Shown here: one piece after another, positions 24,341-38,621 of the stretch
Layout of the letters: each line of letters opens with the position of its first letter
Position numbering within the stretch: position 1 is the first letter of the stretch
Origin: Yuukianura sp. NJ FZ-2021
Taxonomy: Eukaryota
Direction of reading: 5' to 3'
Length of the DNA: 64,000 nucleotides
Assembly (NCBI GenBank): GCA_046563655.1
Contig: CM102290.1
Span: 1-64,000, forward strand
Notes under the pieces: model-generated
What the model saw: only the letters and a program-made list of their open reading frames with translations
Databases searched by the model: none
What the model was told of the DNA's origin: nothing
Program-made: the position numbers and the translations under genes

Positions 24341-25736
24341 TTAATTTCCACGGAGTTTGAAGCTTATTCCAACTTTGTCCTCCACTTGTTGCCCTGTTGA
24401 AGACAGGCTTTGTCATAAAAGAAGATAAACAATTAGATGGTGGTTGTTTGAGTGACGAAGGTCATGCCCTTACTGTGACTGTCGTTGGAGGCATGGAGGC
24501 TGCGATGTGGAGCCACCTCAGCGCTTGTTCTTTGTTGCCCAGAGCATGGAAGCACTTGGCCATGTACAGTCGATTGTCCATGAGAGGCTTGAGGGATTCT
24601 GACTTGACAAAATAAGTCATGGCTTCCTCGGGAGTGGAAGATGGTGGGGCGGAAAACAAAGTGGAAGCCACCTTCCGTTCGATCCACGACAGCATAGAAA
24701 CCTGTTTCCAACAATCACATTCTCAATTCTTGTCCAAAGTGACTTTAGTTGTATTGAATTGTTACCTCGAGACAGAAGCGTCCGAGCAAGTAGTAGGAAG
24801 TGGAGTCGGTAGGATCCAGACGAATTGCTCGATCCACATGCTCCTTGAAAACGTAGCCACTTTGGATCTTTTCCTTCACCCCAAGGAATTGTGATCTCGA
24901 ACCACAAAGAATTGCAAACCTATGAAATCCAAATGAAGGACTTTGGACAGGGGTAATGGATCCTAATAAATAAGTGTAGTACCATTTGTGACAACTGGCA
25001 GAGTCATCATTCAGTCCCACTGCCTTTTCCGCATACTTGAAACCTAAACAAAGTAAAGAAGTGGTTAGAGGTTAAGGCTTCCGTTTTAAAAGTGGAAAGT
25101 GACCTTTGCTGATTAATTCCTGGAATGCAGGTTATTATAAATTCCTTGATTTCCTTCAGCTTCTGCAAGCGACGCTTCGAAATTAGTACTTTTCGCTAAT
25201 CGCCACCAAAAGTCACAGCAATTCTGAAACTGAACAAGGACCAATTTAAAGGGAAGGTGAAAGTAAATGATTTTCCAGATGTAACGCTTTACCTGGTATT
25301 CATCTGCTTTTTCCTGGAGAATCCTATAAGCTCGCTGTTGCTCCTCCACCGATCCATCCAGAAGTCTATCAATTTTGGGAAAGAAAAGCGACTGGCTGCT
25401 GGCACCTTCCGGTTCCTCGTCCTCCTCATCTGCAGTAAGGTATTCGTCGTCATCTGCGATGCTCCTGCTTGGTTTGGGTTGAGCAGATGGAGTGTGAGCG
25501 GATGTAGTGGATGAAGATCCTACAACTTGTTTGAGTCTCTCTACCTCCACTTCCAGCACTTCCACTTGACGAATCAGCCTCCTGAACAGAATGTGTTGAG
25601 CATGGAATCGGTGGAACATGTACAGTAGCCCACCACCCCAATTCCAACGACTCCTAAAACCAGAAACGAAACATTAGCACTTCATTCCGTCCAGTTACCA
25701 ACAAACTCCACCTCCAATGTCCATGTACCCAGACAT
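24341..25736 (-). CDS. RMDN: Regulator of microtubule dynamics (RMDN/FAM82) TPR-like protein; both ends uncertain
   Basis: Spliced DFWWRLAKS, SASCHKW, EKIQSGYVFKEHVDRAIRLDPTDSTSYYLLGRFCLE, LSWIERKVASTLFSAPPSSTPEEA, NRLYMAKC. Confidence 0.8.
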
Positions 25737-25980
25737 GCACAGAGGCTCCTTCGATCCACTATTCCCCGACCAAATTCTGCACTTGCGCCCAACGCCATTG
25801 TCCAAGTCCCTTCGTTCCCAAGTCTGCAACGACAATAAAACGTTTTAGAAGGGAAAAGTAGGTGGGTGACTTGAGAAATACTTAGCAAAATCCGGAGTCT
25901 TTGGCGCCAACTTCAAACCGAGTCCCGTCAACTGGTCCTTCAGTCATCCCCTCATCATCTTCTCTATTCTTTGTCACTGT

Positions 25981-28900
25981 GGTCAAATTTGTAAAATGAG
26001 AAATTTTAACTAAAGGTGTCTTCATACTGGCCAAAATTCGTAAAATGAGAAATTTTCACTAAAGGTGTCTTCATTCTGGCCAAAATTTGTAAAATGAGAA
26101 ATTTTCACTAAAGGTGTCTTCATACTGGCCAAAAATTTGTAAAATGAGACATTTTAAGAAAAGGTGTCTTCATACTGGCCAAAATTAGTAAAATAAGAAA
26201 TTTTCATTACAGGTGTCTTCATACTGGCCATACTTTGTAAAATGAGAAATTATAAGTAAAGGTGTCTTCATACTGGCCAAAATTCGTAAAATGAGAAATT
26301 TTCACAACAGGTGTCATCATACTAGCCTAACTTTGTAAAATGAGAAATTTTCACTACAGGTGTCTTCATACTGGCCCAAAATTTGTGAAAAGAGACATTT
26401 TAAGAAAAGGTGTGTTCATACTGGCCAAAATTTGTAAAATGAGAAATTTTTATTAAAGGTGTCTTCATACTGGCCAAAATTTGTAAAATGAGAAATTTTC
26501 ACTGAAGGTGTCCTCATACTGGCCAAAATTTGTAAAATGTAAAATTTTCACTGAAGGTGTGTTCATGCTGGCCAGAATTTGTAAAATGAGAAATTTTCAT
26601 TGAAGGTGTCTTCATACTAGCCAAAATTTGTAAATTGAAAAATTTTCACTACATGTGTCTTCATACTGGCCAAAATTTGTAAAATGAAAAATTTTTACTA
26701 CAGGTGTCTTCATACTGGCCAAAATTTGTAAAATGAGAAATTTTAAGTAAAGGTGTCTTCATACTGGCCAAAATTTGTAAAATCAGAAATTCTAAGAGAA
26801 AGTGTCTTCATACCGGCCAAAATTAGTTAAGAAATTTTCACTACAGGTGTCTTCATACTAGCCATACTTTGTAAAATGAGAAATTTTAAGAAAGGGTGTC
26901 TTCATACTGGTCAAAATTTTTAAAATGAAAAATTTTCACTACAGGTGTCTTCATACTGGCCAAAATTTGTAAAATGAGAAATTTTAAGTAAAGGTGTCTT
27001 CATACTGGCCAAAATTTGTAAAATGAGAAATTTTAAGAAAGGGTGTCTTCATACTGGTCAAAATTTTTAAAATGAAAAATTTTCACTACAGGTGTCTTCA
27101 TACTGGCCAAAATTTGTAAAATGAGAAATTTCCACTGAAGGTGTCTTCATACTAGCCAAAAATTGTAAATTGAAAAGTTTCACTACAGGTGTCTTCATAC
27201 TGGCCAAAATTTGTAAACTGAGAAATTTTAAGAAAGGGTGTCTTCATACTGGTCAAAATTTTTAAAATGAAAAATTTTCACTACAGGTGTCTTCATACTG
27301 GCCAAAATTTGTAAAATGAGAAATTTTAAGAGAAAGTGTCTTCATACCGGCCAAAATTAGTTAAGAAATTTTCACTACAGGTGTCTTCAAACTGGCCCAA
27401 AATTTGTGAAATGAGACATTTTAAGAAAAGGTGTCTTCATACTGGCCAAAAGTTGTAAAATGAGAAATTTTTATTAAAGGTGTCTTCATACTGGCCAAAA
27501 TTTGTAAAATGAGAAATTTTCACTAATGGTGTCTTCATACTGGCCAAAATTTGTAAAATGAGAAATTTTCACTGAAGTTGTCCTCATACTGGCCAAAATT
27601 TGTAAAATGTAAAATTTTCACTGAAGGTGTCTTCATGCTGGCCAGAATTTGTAAACTGAGAAATTTTCATTGAAGGTGGCTCCGTACTAGCCAAAATTTG
27701 TAAATTGAAAAATTTTCACTATATGTGTCTCCATACTGGCCAAAATTTGTAAAATGAGAAATTTTCACAACAGGTGTCATCATACTAGCCAAACTTTGTA
27801 AAATGAGAAATTTTCACTAAAGGTGTCTTCATACTGGCCAAAAATTTGTAAAATGAGACATTTTAAGAAAAGGTGTCTTCATACTGGCCAAAAGTTGTAA
27901 AATGAGAAATTTTTATTAAAGGTGTCTTCATACTGGCCAAAATTCGTAAAATGAGAAATTTTCACTAAAGGTGTCTTCATACTGGCCAAAATTTGTAAAA
28001 TGAGAAATTTTCACTAAAGGTGTCTTCATACTGGCCAAAAATTTGTAAAATGAGACATGTTAAGAAAAGGTGTCTTCATACTGGCCAAAATTAGTAAAAT
28101 AAGAAATTTTCACTACAGGTGTCTTCATACTGGCCATACTTTGTAAAATAAGAAATTATAAGTAAAGGTGTCTTCATACTGGCCAAAATTCGTAAAATGA
28201 GAAATTTTCACAACAGGTGTCATCATACTAGCCTAACTTTGTAAAATGAGAAATTTTCACTACAGGTGTCTTCATACTGGCCCAAAATTTGTGAAAAGAG
28301 ACATTTTAAGAAAAGGTGTCTTCATACTGGCCAAAATTTGTAAAATGAGAAATTTTTATTAAAGGTGTCTTCATACTGGCCAAAATTTGTAAAATGAGAA
28401 ATTTTCAGTAATGGTGTCTTCATACTGGCCAAAATTTGTAAAATGAGAAATTTTCACTGAAGGTGTCCTCATACTGGCCAAAATTTGTAAAATGTAAAAT
28501 TTTCACTGAAGGTGTGTTCATGCTGGCCAGAATTTGTAAAATGAGAAATTTTCATTGAAGGTGTCTTCATACTAGCCAAAATTTGTAAATTGAAAAATTT
28601 TCACTACATGTGTCTTCATACTGGCCAAAATTTGTAAAATGAGAAATTTTCACAACAGGTGTCATCATACTAGCCAAACTTTGCAAAATGAGAAATTTTA
28701 AGTAAAGGTGTGTTCATACTGGCCAAAATTTGTAAAATCAGAAATTCTAAGAGAAAGTGTCTTCATACCGGCCAAAATTAGTTAAGAAATTTTCACTACA
28801 GGTGTCTTCATACTGGCCATACTTTGTAAAATGAGAAATTTTAAGAAAGGGTGTCTTCATACTGGTCAAAATTTTTAAAATGAAAAATTTTCACTACAGG

Positions 28901-31900
28901 TGTCTTCATACTGGCCAAAATTTGTAAAATGAGAAATTTTCACTGAAGGTGTCCTCATACTGGCCAAAATTTGTAAAATGTAAAATTTTCACTGAAGGTG
29001 TGTTCATGCTGGCCAGAATTTGTAAAATGAGAAATTTTCATTGAAGGTGTCTTCATACTAGCCAAAATTTGTAAATTGAAAAATTTTCACTACATGTGTC
29101 TTCATACTGGCCAAAATTTGTAAAATGAGAAATTTTCACAACAGGTGTCATCATACTAGCCAAACTTTGCAAAATGAGAAATTTTAAGTAAAGGTGTGTT
29201 CATACTGGCCAAAATTTGTAAAATCAGAAATTCTAAGAGAAAGTGTCTTCATACCGGCCAAAATTAGTTAAGAAATTTTCACTACAGGTGTCTTCATACT
29301 GGCCATACTTTGTAAAATGAGAAATTTTAAGAAAGGGTGTCTTCATACTGGTCAAAATTTTTAAAATGAAAAATTTTCACTACAGGTGTCTTCATACTGG
29401 CCAAAATTTGTAAAATGAGAAATTTTCACTGAAGGTGTCCTCATACTGGCCAAAATTTGTAAAATGTAAAATTTTCACTGAAGGTGTGTTCATGCTGGCC
29501 AGAATTTGTAAAATGAGAAATTTTCATTGAAGGTGTCTTCATACTAGCCAAAATTTGTAAATTGAAAAATTTTCACTACATGTGTCTTCATACTGGCCAA
29601 AATTTGTAAAATGAGAAATTTTCACAACAGATGTCATCATACTAGCCAAACTTTGCAAAATGAGAAATTTTAAGTAAAGGTGTGTTCATACTGGCCAAAA
29701 TTTGTAAAATCAGAAATTCTAAGAGAAAGTGTCTTCATACCGGCCAAAATTAGTTAAGAAATTTTCACTACAGGTGTCTTCATACTGGCCATACTTTGTA
29801 AAATGAGAAATTTTAAGAAAGGGTGTCTTCATACTGGTCAAAATTTTTAAAATGAAAAATTTTCACTACAGGTGTCTTCATACTGGCCAAAATTTGTAAA
29901 ATGAGAAATTTTAAGTAAAGGTGTCTTCATACTGGCCAAAATTTGTAAAATGAGAAATTTTAAGAAAGGGTGTCTTCATACTGGTCAAAATTTTTAAAAT
30001 GAAAAATTTTCACTACAGGTGTCTTCATACTGGCCAAAATTTGTAAAATGAGAAATTTCCACTGAAGGTGTCTTCATACTAGCCAAAAATTGTAAATTGA
30101 AAAGTTTCACTACAGGTGTCTTCATACTGGCCAAAATTTGTAAACTGAGAAATTTTAAGAAAGGGTGTCTTCATACTGGTCAAAATTTTTAAAATGAAAA
30201 ATTTTCACTACAGGTGTCTTCATACTGGCCAAAATTTGTAAAATGAGAAATTTTAAGAGAAAGTGTCTTCATACCGGCCAAAATTAGTTAAGAAATTTTC
30301 ACTACAGGTGTCTTCAAACTGGCCCAAAATTTGTGAAATGAGACATTTTAAGAAAAGGTGTCTTCATACTGGCCAAAAGTTGTAAAATGAGAAATTTTTA
30401 TTAAAGGTGTCTTCATACTGGCCAAAATTTGTAAAATGAGAAATTTTCACTAATGGTGTCTTCATACTGGCCAAAATTTGTAAAATGAGAAATTTTCACT
30501 GAAGTTGTCCTCATACTGGCCAAAATTTGTAAAATGTAAAATTTTCACTGAAGGTGTCTTCATGCTGGCCAGAATTTGTAAACTGAGAAATTTTCATTGA
30601 AGGTGGCTCCGTACTAGCCAAAATTTGTAAATTGAAAAATTTTCACTATATGTGTCTCCATACTGGCCAAAATTTGTAAAATGAGAAATTTTCACAACAG
30701 GTGTCATCATACTAGCCAAACTTTGTAAAATGAGAAATTTTCACTAAAGGTGTCTTCATACTGGCCAAAAATTTGTAAAATGAGACATTTTAAGAAAAGG
30801 TGTCTTCATACTGGCCAAAAGTTGTAAAATGAGAAATTTTTATTAAAGGTGTCTTCATACTGGCCAAAATTCGTAAAATGAGAAATTTTCACTAAAGGTG
30901 TCTTCATACTGGCCAAAATTTGTAAAATGAGAAATTTTCACTAAAGGTGTCTTCATACTGGCCAAAAATTTGTAAAATGAGACATGTTAAGAAAAGGTGT
31001 CTTCATACTGGCCAAAATTAGTAAAATAAGAAATTTTCACTACAGGTGTCTTCATACTGGCCATACTTTGTAAAATAAGAAATTATAAGTAAAGGTGTCT
31101 TCATACTGGCCAAATTTCGTAAAATGAGAAATTTTCACAACAGGTGTCATCATACTAGCCTAACTTTGTAAAATGAGAAATTTTCACTACAGGTGTCTTC
31201 ATACTGGCCCAAAATTTGTGAAAAGAGACATTTTAAGAAAAGGTGTCTTCATACTGGCCAAAATTTGTAAAATGAGAAATTTTTATTAAAGGTGTCTTCA
31301 TACTGGCCAAAATTTGTAAAATGAGAAATTTTCAGTAATGGTGTCTTCATACTGGCCAAAATTTGTAAAATGAGAAATTTTCACTGAAGGTGTCCTCATA
31401 CTGGCCAAAATTTGTAAAATGTAAAATTTTCACTGAAGGTGTGTTCATGCTGGCCAGAATTTGTAAAATGAGAAATTTTCATTGAAGGTGTCTTCATACT
31501 AGCCAAAATTTGTAAATTGAAAAATTTTCACTACATGTGTCTTCATACTGGCCAAAATTTGTAAAATGAGAAATTTTCACAACAGGTGTCATCATACTAG
31601 CCAAACTTTGCAAAATGAGAAATTTTAAGTAAAGGTGTGTTCATACTGGCCAAAATTTGTAAAATCAGAAATTCTAAGAGAAAGTGTCTTCATACCGGCC
31701 AAAATTAGTTAAGAAATTTTCACTACAGGTGTCTTCATACTGGCCATACTTTGTAAAATGAGAAATTTTAAGAAAGGGTGTCTTCATACTGGTCAAAATT
31801 TTTAAAATGAAAAATTTTCACTACAGGTGTCTTCATACTGGCCAAAATTTGTAAAATGAGAAATTTTCACTGAAGGTGTCCTCATACTGGCCAAAATTTG

Positions 31901-33900
31901 TAAAATGTAAAATTTTCACTGAAGGTGTGTTCATGCTGGCCAGAATTTGTAAAATGAGAAATTTTCATTGAAGGTGTCTTCATACTAGCCAAAATTTGTA
32001 AATTGAAAAATTTTCACTACATGTGTCTTCATACTGGCCAAAATTTGTAAAATGAGAAATTTTCACAACAGGTGTCATCATACTAGCCAAACTTTGCAAA
32101 TTGAGAAATTTTAAGTAAAGGTGTGTTCATACTGGCCAAAATTTGTAAAATCAGAAATTCTAAGAGAAAGTGTCTTCATACCGGCCAAAATTAGTTAAGA
32201 AATTTTCACTACAGGTGTCTTCATACTGGCCATACTTTGTAAAATGAGAAATTTTAAGAAAGGGTGTCTTCATACTGGTCAAAATTTTTAAAATGAAAAA
32301 TTTTCACTACAGGTGTCTTCATACTGGCCAAAATTTGTAAAATGAGAAATTTTAAGTAAAGGTGTCTTCATACTGGCCAAAATTTGTAAAATGAGAAATT
32401 TTAAGAAAGGGTGTCTTCATACTGGTCAAAATTTTTAAAATGAAAAATTTTCACTACAGGTGTCTTCATACTGGCCAAAATTTGTAAAATGAGAAATTTC
32501 CACTGAAGGTGTCTTCATACTAGCCAAAAATTGTAAATTGAAAAGTTTCACTACAGGTGTCTTCATACTGGCCAAAATTTGTAAACTGAGAAATTTTAAG
32601 AAAGGGTGTCTTCATACTGGTCAAAATTTTTAAAATGAAAAATTTTCACTACAGGTGTCTTCATACTGGCCAAAATTTGTAAAATGAGAAATTTTAAGAG
32701 AAAGTGTCTTCATACCGGCCAAAATTAGTTAAGAAATTTTCACTACAGGTGTCTTCAAACTGGCCCAAAATTTGTGAAATGAGACATTTTAAGAAAAGGT
32801 GTCTTCATACTGGCCAAAAGTTGTCAAAATGAAAAATTTTAAGTAATGGTATCTTCATACTGGCCAAAATTTGTAAAATGAAAAATTTTAAGTAATGGTA
32901 TCTTCATACTGGCCAAAATTTGTAAAATGAGAAATTTTCACTGAAGTTGTCCTCATACTGGCCAAAATTTGTAAAATGTAAAATTTTCACTGAAGGTGTC
33001 TTCATGCTGGCCAGAATTTGTAAACTGAGAAATTTTCATTGAAGGTGGCTCCGTACTAGCCAAAATTTGTAAATTGAAAAATTTTCACTATATGTGTCTC
33101 CATACTGGCCAAAATTTGTAAAATGAGAAATTTTCACAACAGGTGTCATCATACTAGCCAAACTTTGTAAAATGAGAAATTTTCACTAAAGGTGTCTTCA
33201 TACTGGCCAAAAATTTGTAAAATGAGACATTTTAAGAAAAGGTGTCTTCATACTGGCCAAAAGTTGTAAAATGAGAAATTTTTATTAAAGGTGTCTTCAT
33301 ACTGGCCAAAATTTGTAAAATGAGAAATTTTCACTAATGGTGTCTTCATACTGGCCAAAATTTGTAAAATGAGAAATTTTCACTGAAGTTGTCCTCATAC
33401 TGGCCAAAATTTGTAAAATGTAAAATTTTCACTGAAGGTGTCTTCATGCTGGCCAGAATTTGTAAACTGAGAAATTTTCATTGAAGGTGGCTCCGTACTA
33501 GCCAAAATTTGTAAATTGAAAAATTTTCACTATATGTGTCTCCATACTGGCCAAAATTTGTAAAATGAGAAATTTTCACAACAGGTGTCATCATACTAGC
33601 CAAACTTTGTAAAATGAGAAATTTTAAGTAAAGGTGTCTTCATACTGGCCAAAATTTGTAAAATGAGAAATTTTAAGAGAAAGTGTCTTCATACCGGCCA
33701 AAATTAGTTAAGAAATTTTCACTACAGGTGTCTTCATACTGGCCATACTTTGTAAAATGAGAAATTTTAAGAAAAGGTGTCTTCATACTGGTCAAAATTT
33801 TTAAAATGAAAAATTTTCACTACAGGTGTCTTCATACTGGCCAAAATTTTTAAAATGAAAAATTTTCACTACAGGTGTCTTCATACTGGCCAAAATTTGT
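25981..33900. repeat. 49-bp satellite (GGCCAAAATTTGTAAAATGAGAAATTTTCACTAAAGGTGTCTTCATACT) with higher-order repeats
   Basis: ~160 diverged monomers; variant markers recur at 486 bp and 2927 bp spacing. Confidence 0.95.
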
Positions 33901-34478
33901 CACACGTAAATAAAACCTATAATTAAAAACTCAGTCATCTTCAAGCAACATATCAATCTCAAAATTTCAGTTGTTTCACAATCCAATAGTCGTCAAAACC
34001 GCATGAGGACCCATTGAACTGAAACGATTTTTGGATTACTTTACTCACGGTAGGCTGAAATCGGTTTTTTCAGAGGATTAGTCTTACAAGAAGGTTGATT
34101 AAGGGCAGACCGTATAGTATTGTAATATGGAAAAATCTTTTATTTCCTCTATTCCTTTTTGAGTTGAAAAAATGTTCAAGTTGTAGCGATTCAGAAAAAT
34201 CAAGCGAAATGACTCTGTGACTACGTGACTTGATTAATTAGGCGTTTAGAATGTTATAACTGGTTGAGAAAGTTAATCGGAGTTGAAATCAAACTTAAGG
34301 GTACATTCTATATTCTTTGACTTTACTCTAACCAGAGATTGACAAACTCACAGCTGTGAATATTACTGGTTCAATTTCAATTTGTTAATCATGCAATTTT
34401 AACGTCCCAATCCCAATTAGTTAATTTCTGTACTCTGTGGTTAGAGAGAATTTAGTTTGAAGTGTCAAAGGCCATCGT

Positions 34479-35230
34479 ATGCTGAAGGTAGGATTGGACA
34501 CAATGCAAATCACAAAAGTTAAAAGTGGTAACTTTTTAAATGGATTTGTTTAATTTGTGTAATGTAGAATGAATTCCAGTCAATTACAAAGACTCAGTTT
34601 AGGAATTAGAAGAAGACTAATCACAAAACCGTTGCTGGTCAAAGGTCAATCGAGGTCAAATGGCATCCAGTCCCACCAAGAGTCCGTCTGAACAAGCAGA
34701 ACCCAAGAGTGAGCCAGACGTTATTTTCGAGAGTATCAATGAAAAGGGGATCACCACACTCAATCGACCGAAGGCTCTCAACTCCCTCAATTTGTCAATG
34801 GCCAGGAAGATTTATCCACAACTCAGGGCCTGCGAATCGTCTCAACGGATGGTCATCATCAAAGGAAACGGTAACTAATTAACTTTAGACTAATTGAAAC
34901 TAATTAGTTAAAACTGATTGATTGATTGATTGAAATTCATAGGAGGAAAAGCGTTTTGTGCTGGAGGAGACGTTCGAGCTGTGACAGAGTCAGCTGTGGC
35001 CAAGGGCTCTCTGTACAAAGACTTCTTCCGGGAAGAGTATAAAGTGAATGCGCCCATCGTGACACTCCATATTCCATACATCGCCCTGATTGACGGAATA
35101 ACAATGGGTATCAACATACATAATATAATATAATAATAAAAATTTATTAATTTATAATATTTGAATTTGACTTTTAGGTGTTGCATGGGACCTACCGAAT
35201 GGTGACTGAGAAAAGACTAGGGGGAACTAA
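34479..35230 (+). pseudogene. HIBCH: 3-hydroxyisobutyryl-CoA hydrolase, 5' fragment only
   Basis: ITTLNRPKALNSLNLSM, GGKAFCAGGDVR, FFREEY, PYIALIDGITMG, HGTYRMVTEK, then homology stops. Confidence 0.85.
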
Positions 35231-35368
35231 TTGATTGGGATACTTTTGACTCAACTGTCGGACGAAGCGAAAGGCTAAGGGGTGTCTGTCGACTGCAATG
35301 ACTTTGACATGAGGAGTGGACTTGAGTTTAACTTAACTTATTATTTTGTTTTGATTTTGACTTTTGAA

Positions 35369-35541
35369 AATTTGAAAAGATTTCCCGCACTTTGTGTCAA
35401 GTTCAAATGGCAGTAGTGTCTAATGCTGAGATAACCTTGTCCGCAGTTCTGTTGTTTTCAGAGGATTAGCCTCCACGTTGACTTGGATTGGAATTGAGGG
35501 CTTCTTGAACTTGAGACAGAGTGCGGGAAATCATTTTGAAA
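35369..35541. promoter_or_regulatory. Divergent promoter: bipartite motif (35416-35470) flanked by E2F-type TTTCCCGC sites in both orientations
   Basis: TTTCCCGCAC at 35381; GTGCGGGAAATCATTTTGAAA at 35521-35541. Confidence 0.6.
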
Positions 35542-35964
35542 TAAGAAAATAAATGTCAAATTCAAAAAGTAAAAAGTGTTGGTGGTGCTCGGTGCTTCGT
35601 GTTGTTGTGGACTGTCTTTTGTTCATCATTTGAGTCCTGTCATTCGTCCGGCGGGTATCTCTATTCCACAAATCAAGTCATTAACTAGTCAACGTCTGTA
35701 GAAGGCCTAGTCAACTCTTGTCTCCTGCTTTGATATCCAATTCTGGTCTCTCAAACGCACAGGAAGCAGCGTAGGTAAAGACACATTGGCCTCCTCGGTG
35801 ACCAAAAAGTGGCCACTCTTCCTCATCTCATCGTCGTCTGTTCCTTAGAGTGTCGCTGTCTCTCACCAACTACCTTCTTCTTCAGTAAGCACACATCCTT
35901 TATCATGACAATTATGAACCAATTAACATGTTCTTTGTGTTATCTTAGTCGAGTCTTCGCGTTC

Positions 35965-37711
35965 ATGTCCAGTGTGGCCTCCTAGCCTGTTGTCTCTCCG
36001 CCAGCCAAGAAACGACAGTTGTCGAGTGGAGTGGAAGGATCAGCAGGAAGTGGTGCGGGTGCCCCTTCGCAGCAGTACTACTCGTTCACTGACTCTACTC
36101 AAATGGACACACAAGTCAATGGGGATGGCAATGGGCTTTTGAGGGAAACAGTTAAGGTCAGCATTCCACTCGTTCTCTCTTGTACCTCATCCCATTTTTC
36201 ATTTAGTATTTCAAACTGTTTGTTCCTTTAGGTTTCTGGAGACATGATTCCTGAGCCAATTGAGTCGTTTAGCAAAATGGAACTAAGAGATTCGATTATG
36301 AAGAACTTGGAGAAGATGGGATATAAGGAACCCACACCAACTCAGCAGTACGTCTATCCAATGCTCGCCTCCAATCGGGACGTCATAGTTTGTGCCCAAA
36401 CAGGACTAGGAAAAAGCGTAAGGCTAAGGCAAAACCAGTGATGAGTAGGAACACGTACTGAGTTGTGTTGTTTTTTTATTTCAGTGTGCCTTTCTTCTTG
36501 TTATTTTAAATGAACTCATGTTGCGGGAAAAAATTACGCCAGCCCTGACGATGCCAGCTCAACCAGAGGCAGTCATTCTTGTTCCTACTCGTGATCTTGC
36601 TCTACAAATCCAAAGAGAGAGCAACCTCTTTGCAAACGAATCAATGGTTAAAACACAAGTCATCCATAGCCAAGGACTGTGTTTCGCACAACGCAACCAG
36701 CTAAAGGTGAACATAAACATACACGATTTGAAAACGGATTCTTTTGGCATACTTTTTTTATTACTTTCAACTTTTTTATTGATAGACTGGTTGCAACGTT
36801 CTCGTCGCCACACCAGACAGAATGTTGCAATTTCTGAATGACGGTCACCTCGTAGTCCACTGCGTGGAATTCTTTATTTTGGACGAAGTTGACCGGATGT
36901 TTGAAATGGGACTGATGGGTGACGTCAACAAAGTCGTCGAGAAGTTACCTCCTAAGGTAAAGGATATGAGAAAAAGTTTTCAAGTTTTGTAATAATTCAA
37001 AAAAAAAATTTTTAGAACCATCGTACTTCCGGAATATTCACTGCAACTTTCCGTCAAGAAATTCAAGATTCTGCCAAGAACATTCTCAACAATTACATTT
37101 TTGTCACAGTTGGAACTACGGAAGGGGCTTGCAAAGTAGTGGAACCAGTTTTGGGACAGGTAGATCCGAAGGAAATTAGTTGGTTTCCCATGACCCCTGA
37201 AGCGGCTATGCCACGTCGTCGACCATGTCGTCAGAATATCGGAAGCTCTGAAGTAGCCATGGCAACATTATCTCATAACCTCGGAGCTATGTCTCTTGGT
37301 CATGCGCTGGTCGACGAGGGAGGTTCTGCTGAAAATGCCACTTCTAAGAGCATTTTGATTGTTTCCAAAAGTTCTTCATCTTCAGAGGCTGAAGATGATG
37401 AGGAAGAACAAGATGATCCGCGAGGTGTCTTGCCTGACGATACGAGGATGAGGAACTGGAAACTAGAGCAGATGCTCCGGGACAAAGACCCTAGGGTTAA
37501 GCGTGTACCTAAAGAAAATTTCACGTCAGACGCATGGCTGCGCTTTGATGTGTTGTCCCTTGATGGCAGGGAAATATTGTCTGCCGCCTGCCGGCGCTGC
37601 TATACAGTACACGCACTCAATAATACGGGAACCACAACAAGGTTACTTCATCATAAATGTCCAGCTGAGGACGAAAATAACAATCAGCGCCGCCCCCGTC
37701 GCCGTAATTAG
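35965..37711 (+). CDS. Vasa-like DEAD-box N-terminal (RecA1) domain fused in frame to a BED-type zinc finger; TAG at codon 7, next ATG at 36103
   Basis: Q motif GYKEPTPTQ, AQTGLGKS, PTRDLALQI, ATPDR, LDEVDRM, FTATF, YIFVTVG in phase-0 exons; same frame continues to SDAWLRF..CRRC..TGTTTRLLHHKC; no helicase C domain. Confidence 0.7.
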
Positions 37712-38139
37712 TGTTGTGGCTTTTACCACATTATATTAAAATATTCAGATGTACCACGTAGGTTTTTAGAACAAGCGTCTACTTCTCGCCTTAGGATATA
37801 AGTAGCGTCTCAACGATTACAAAAAAAGCAACACAAGTCATAGTTTCTAAGTCAACCAACTAACACATAGTCACAACTTTACTTCAAGACAATCAATCTC
37901 AATTTCAGTTTCACTTTTCAAGATTAGGTTTGAACTAATAATAAATAAATCAGTACCATTTAAATTCATCTTCACGCTCTCCCAATTGATCATTTGCAAC
38001 AAGACGCAACAATTAGCTTCCAGTTCCATTCCATCACTTCTCCTTCCGCCAAATCTGTACTTCTGTTATCTTTAACAAAGTATGTACTTTCCCAGTACTT
38101 TTTGTGGTACTTGAGTATCCTGCTAGTTTCCTGAATTTA

Positions 38140-38440
38140 TTCGGTACTTTATGTTTTTGCCCGTGTCTGTCTGTCTGTTCGTCCGTCCGCCTGTCTGTCT
38201 ACTAGCATTAATAACTCTGGAACCGCTGGACCGATTTTCAATCTATCTGCACAGATGAACTTGACAAGGTCTGGGGGTGAACAATCGTTGCCCAGTTTGA
38301 CCGGAAGTTGTCCAGGTCCAGGTCCGGGTCAAAGGTCAAGGTCAAATGCATTTTTGACGGAAATTGGGGAAATGATCCCTACAAGGTTAGGTTAGGTGAA
38401 ACCTGAAGCTAGATCAACTATTTTTCGAAGGTTAAGGTAA
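38140..38440 (+). mobile_element. Helentron-associated/DINE-1-like non-autonomous element fragment
   Basis: (GTCT/GTCC)n microsatellite followed by AACCGCTGGACCGATTTTCA core; internal GGTTAGGTTAGG. Confidence 0.5.
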
Positions 38441-38621
38441 GCAACATCACAATTAAAGTTAAGTAAAAGTAGTTGACTGGAATCCAGTCATTCTGTCATC
38501 AATTGATTTCATAGTTTGCACATTTCTTTCTCCAGATCCACACTCCAAGGACGAACGTTTGATTGGACTTCCAGCCTGGAAGTTCCAGGCGCATCGTCCT
38601 TTCTTCTTAAAATTGACGTTG

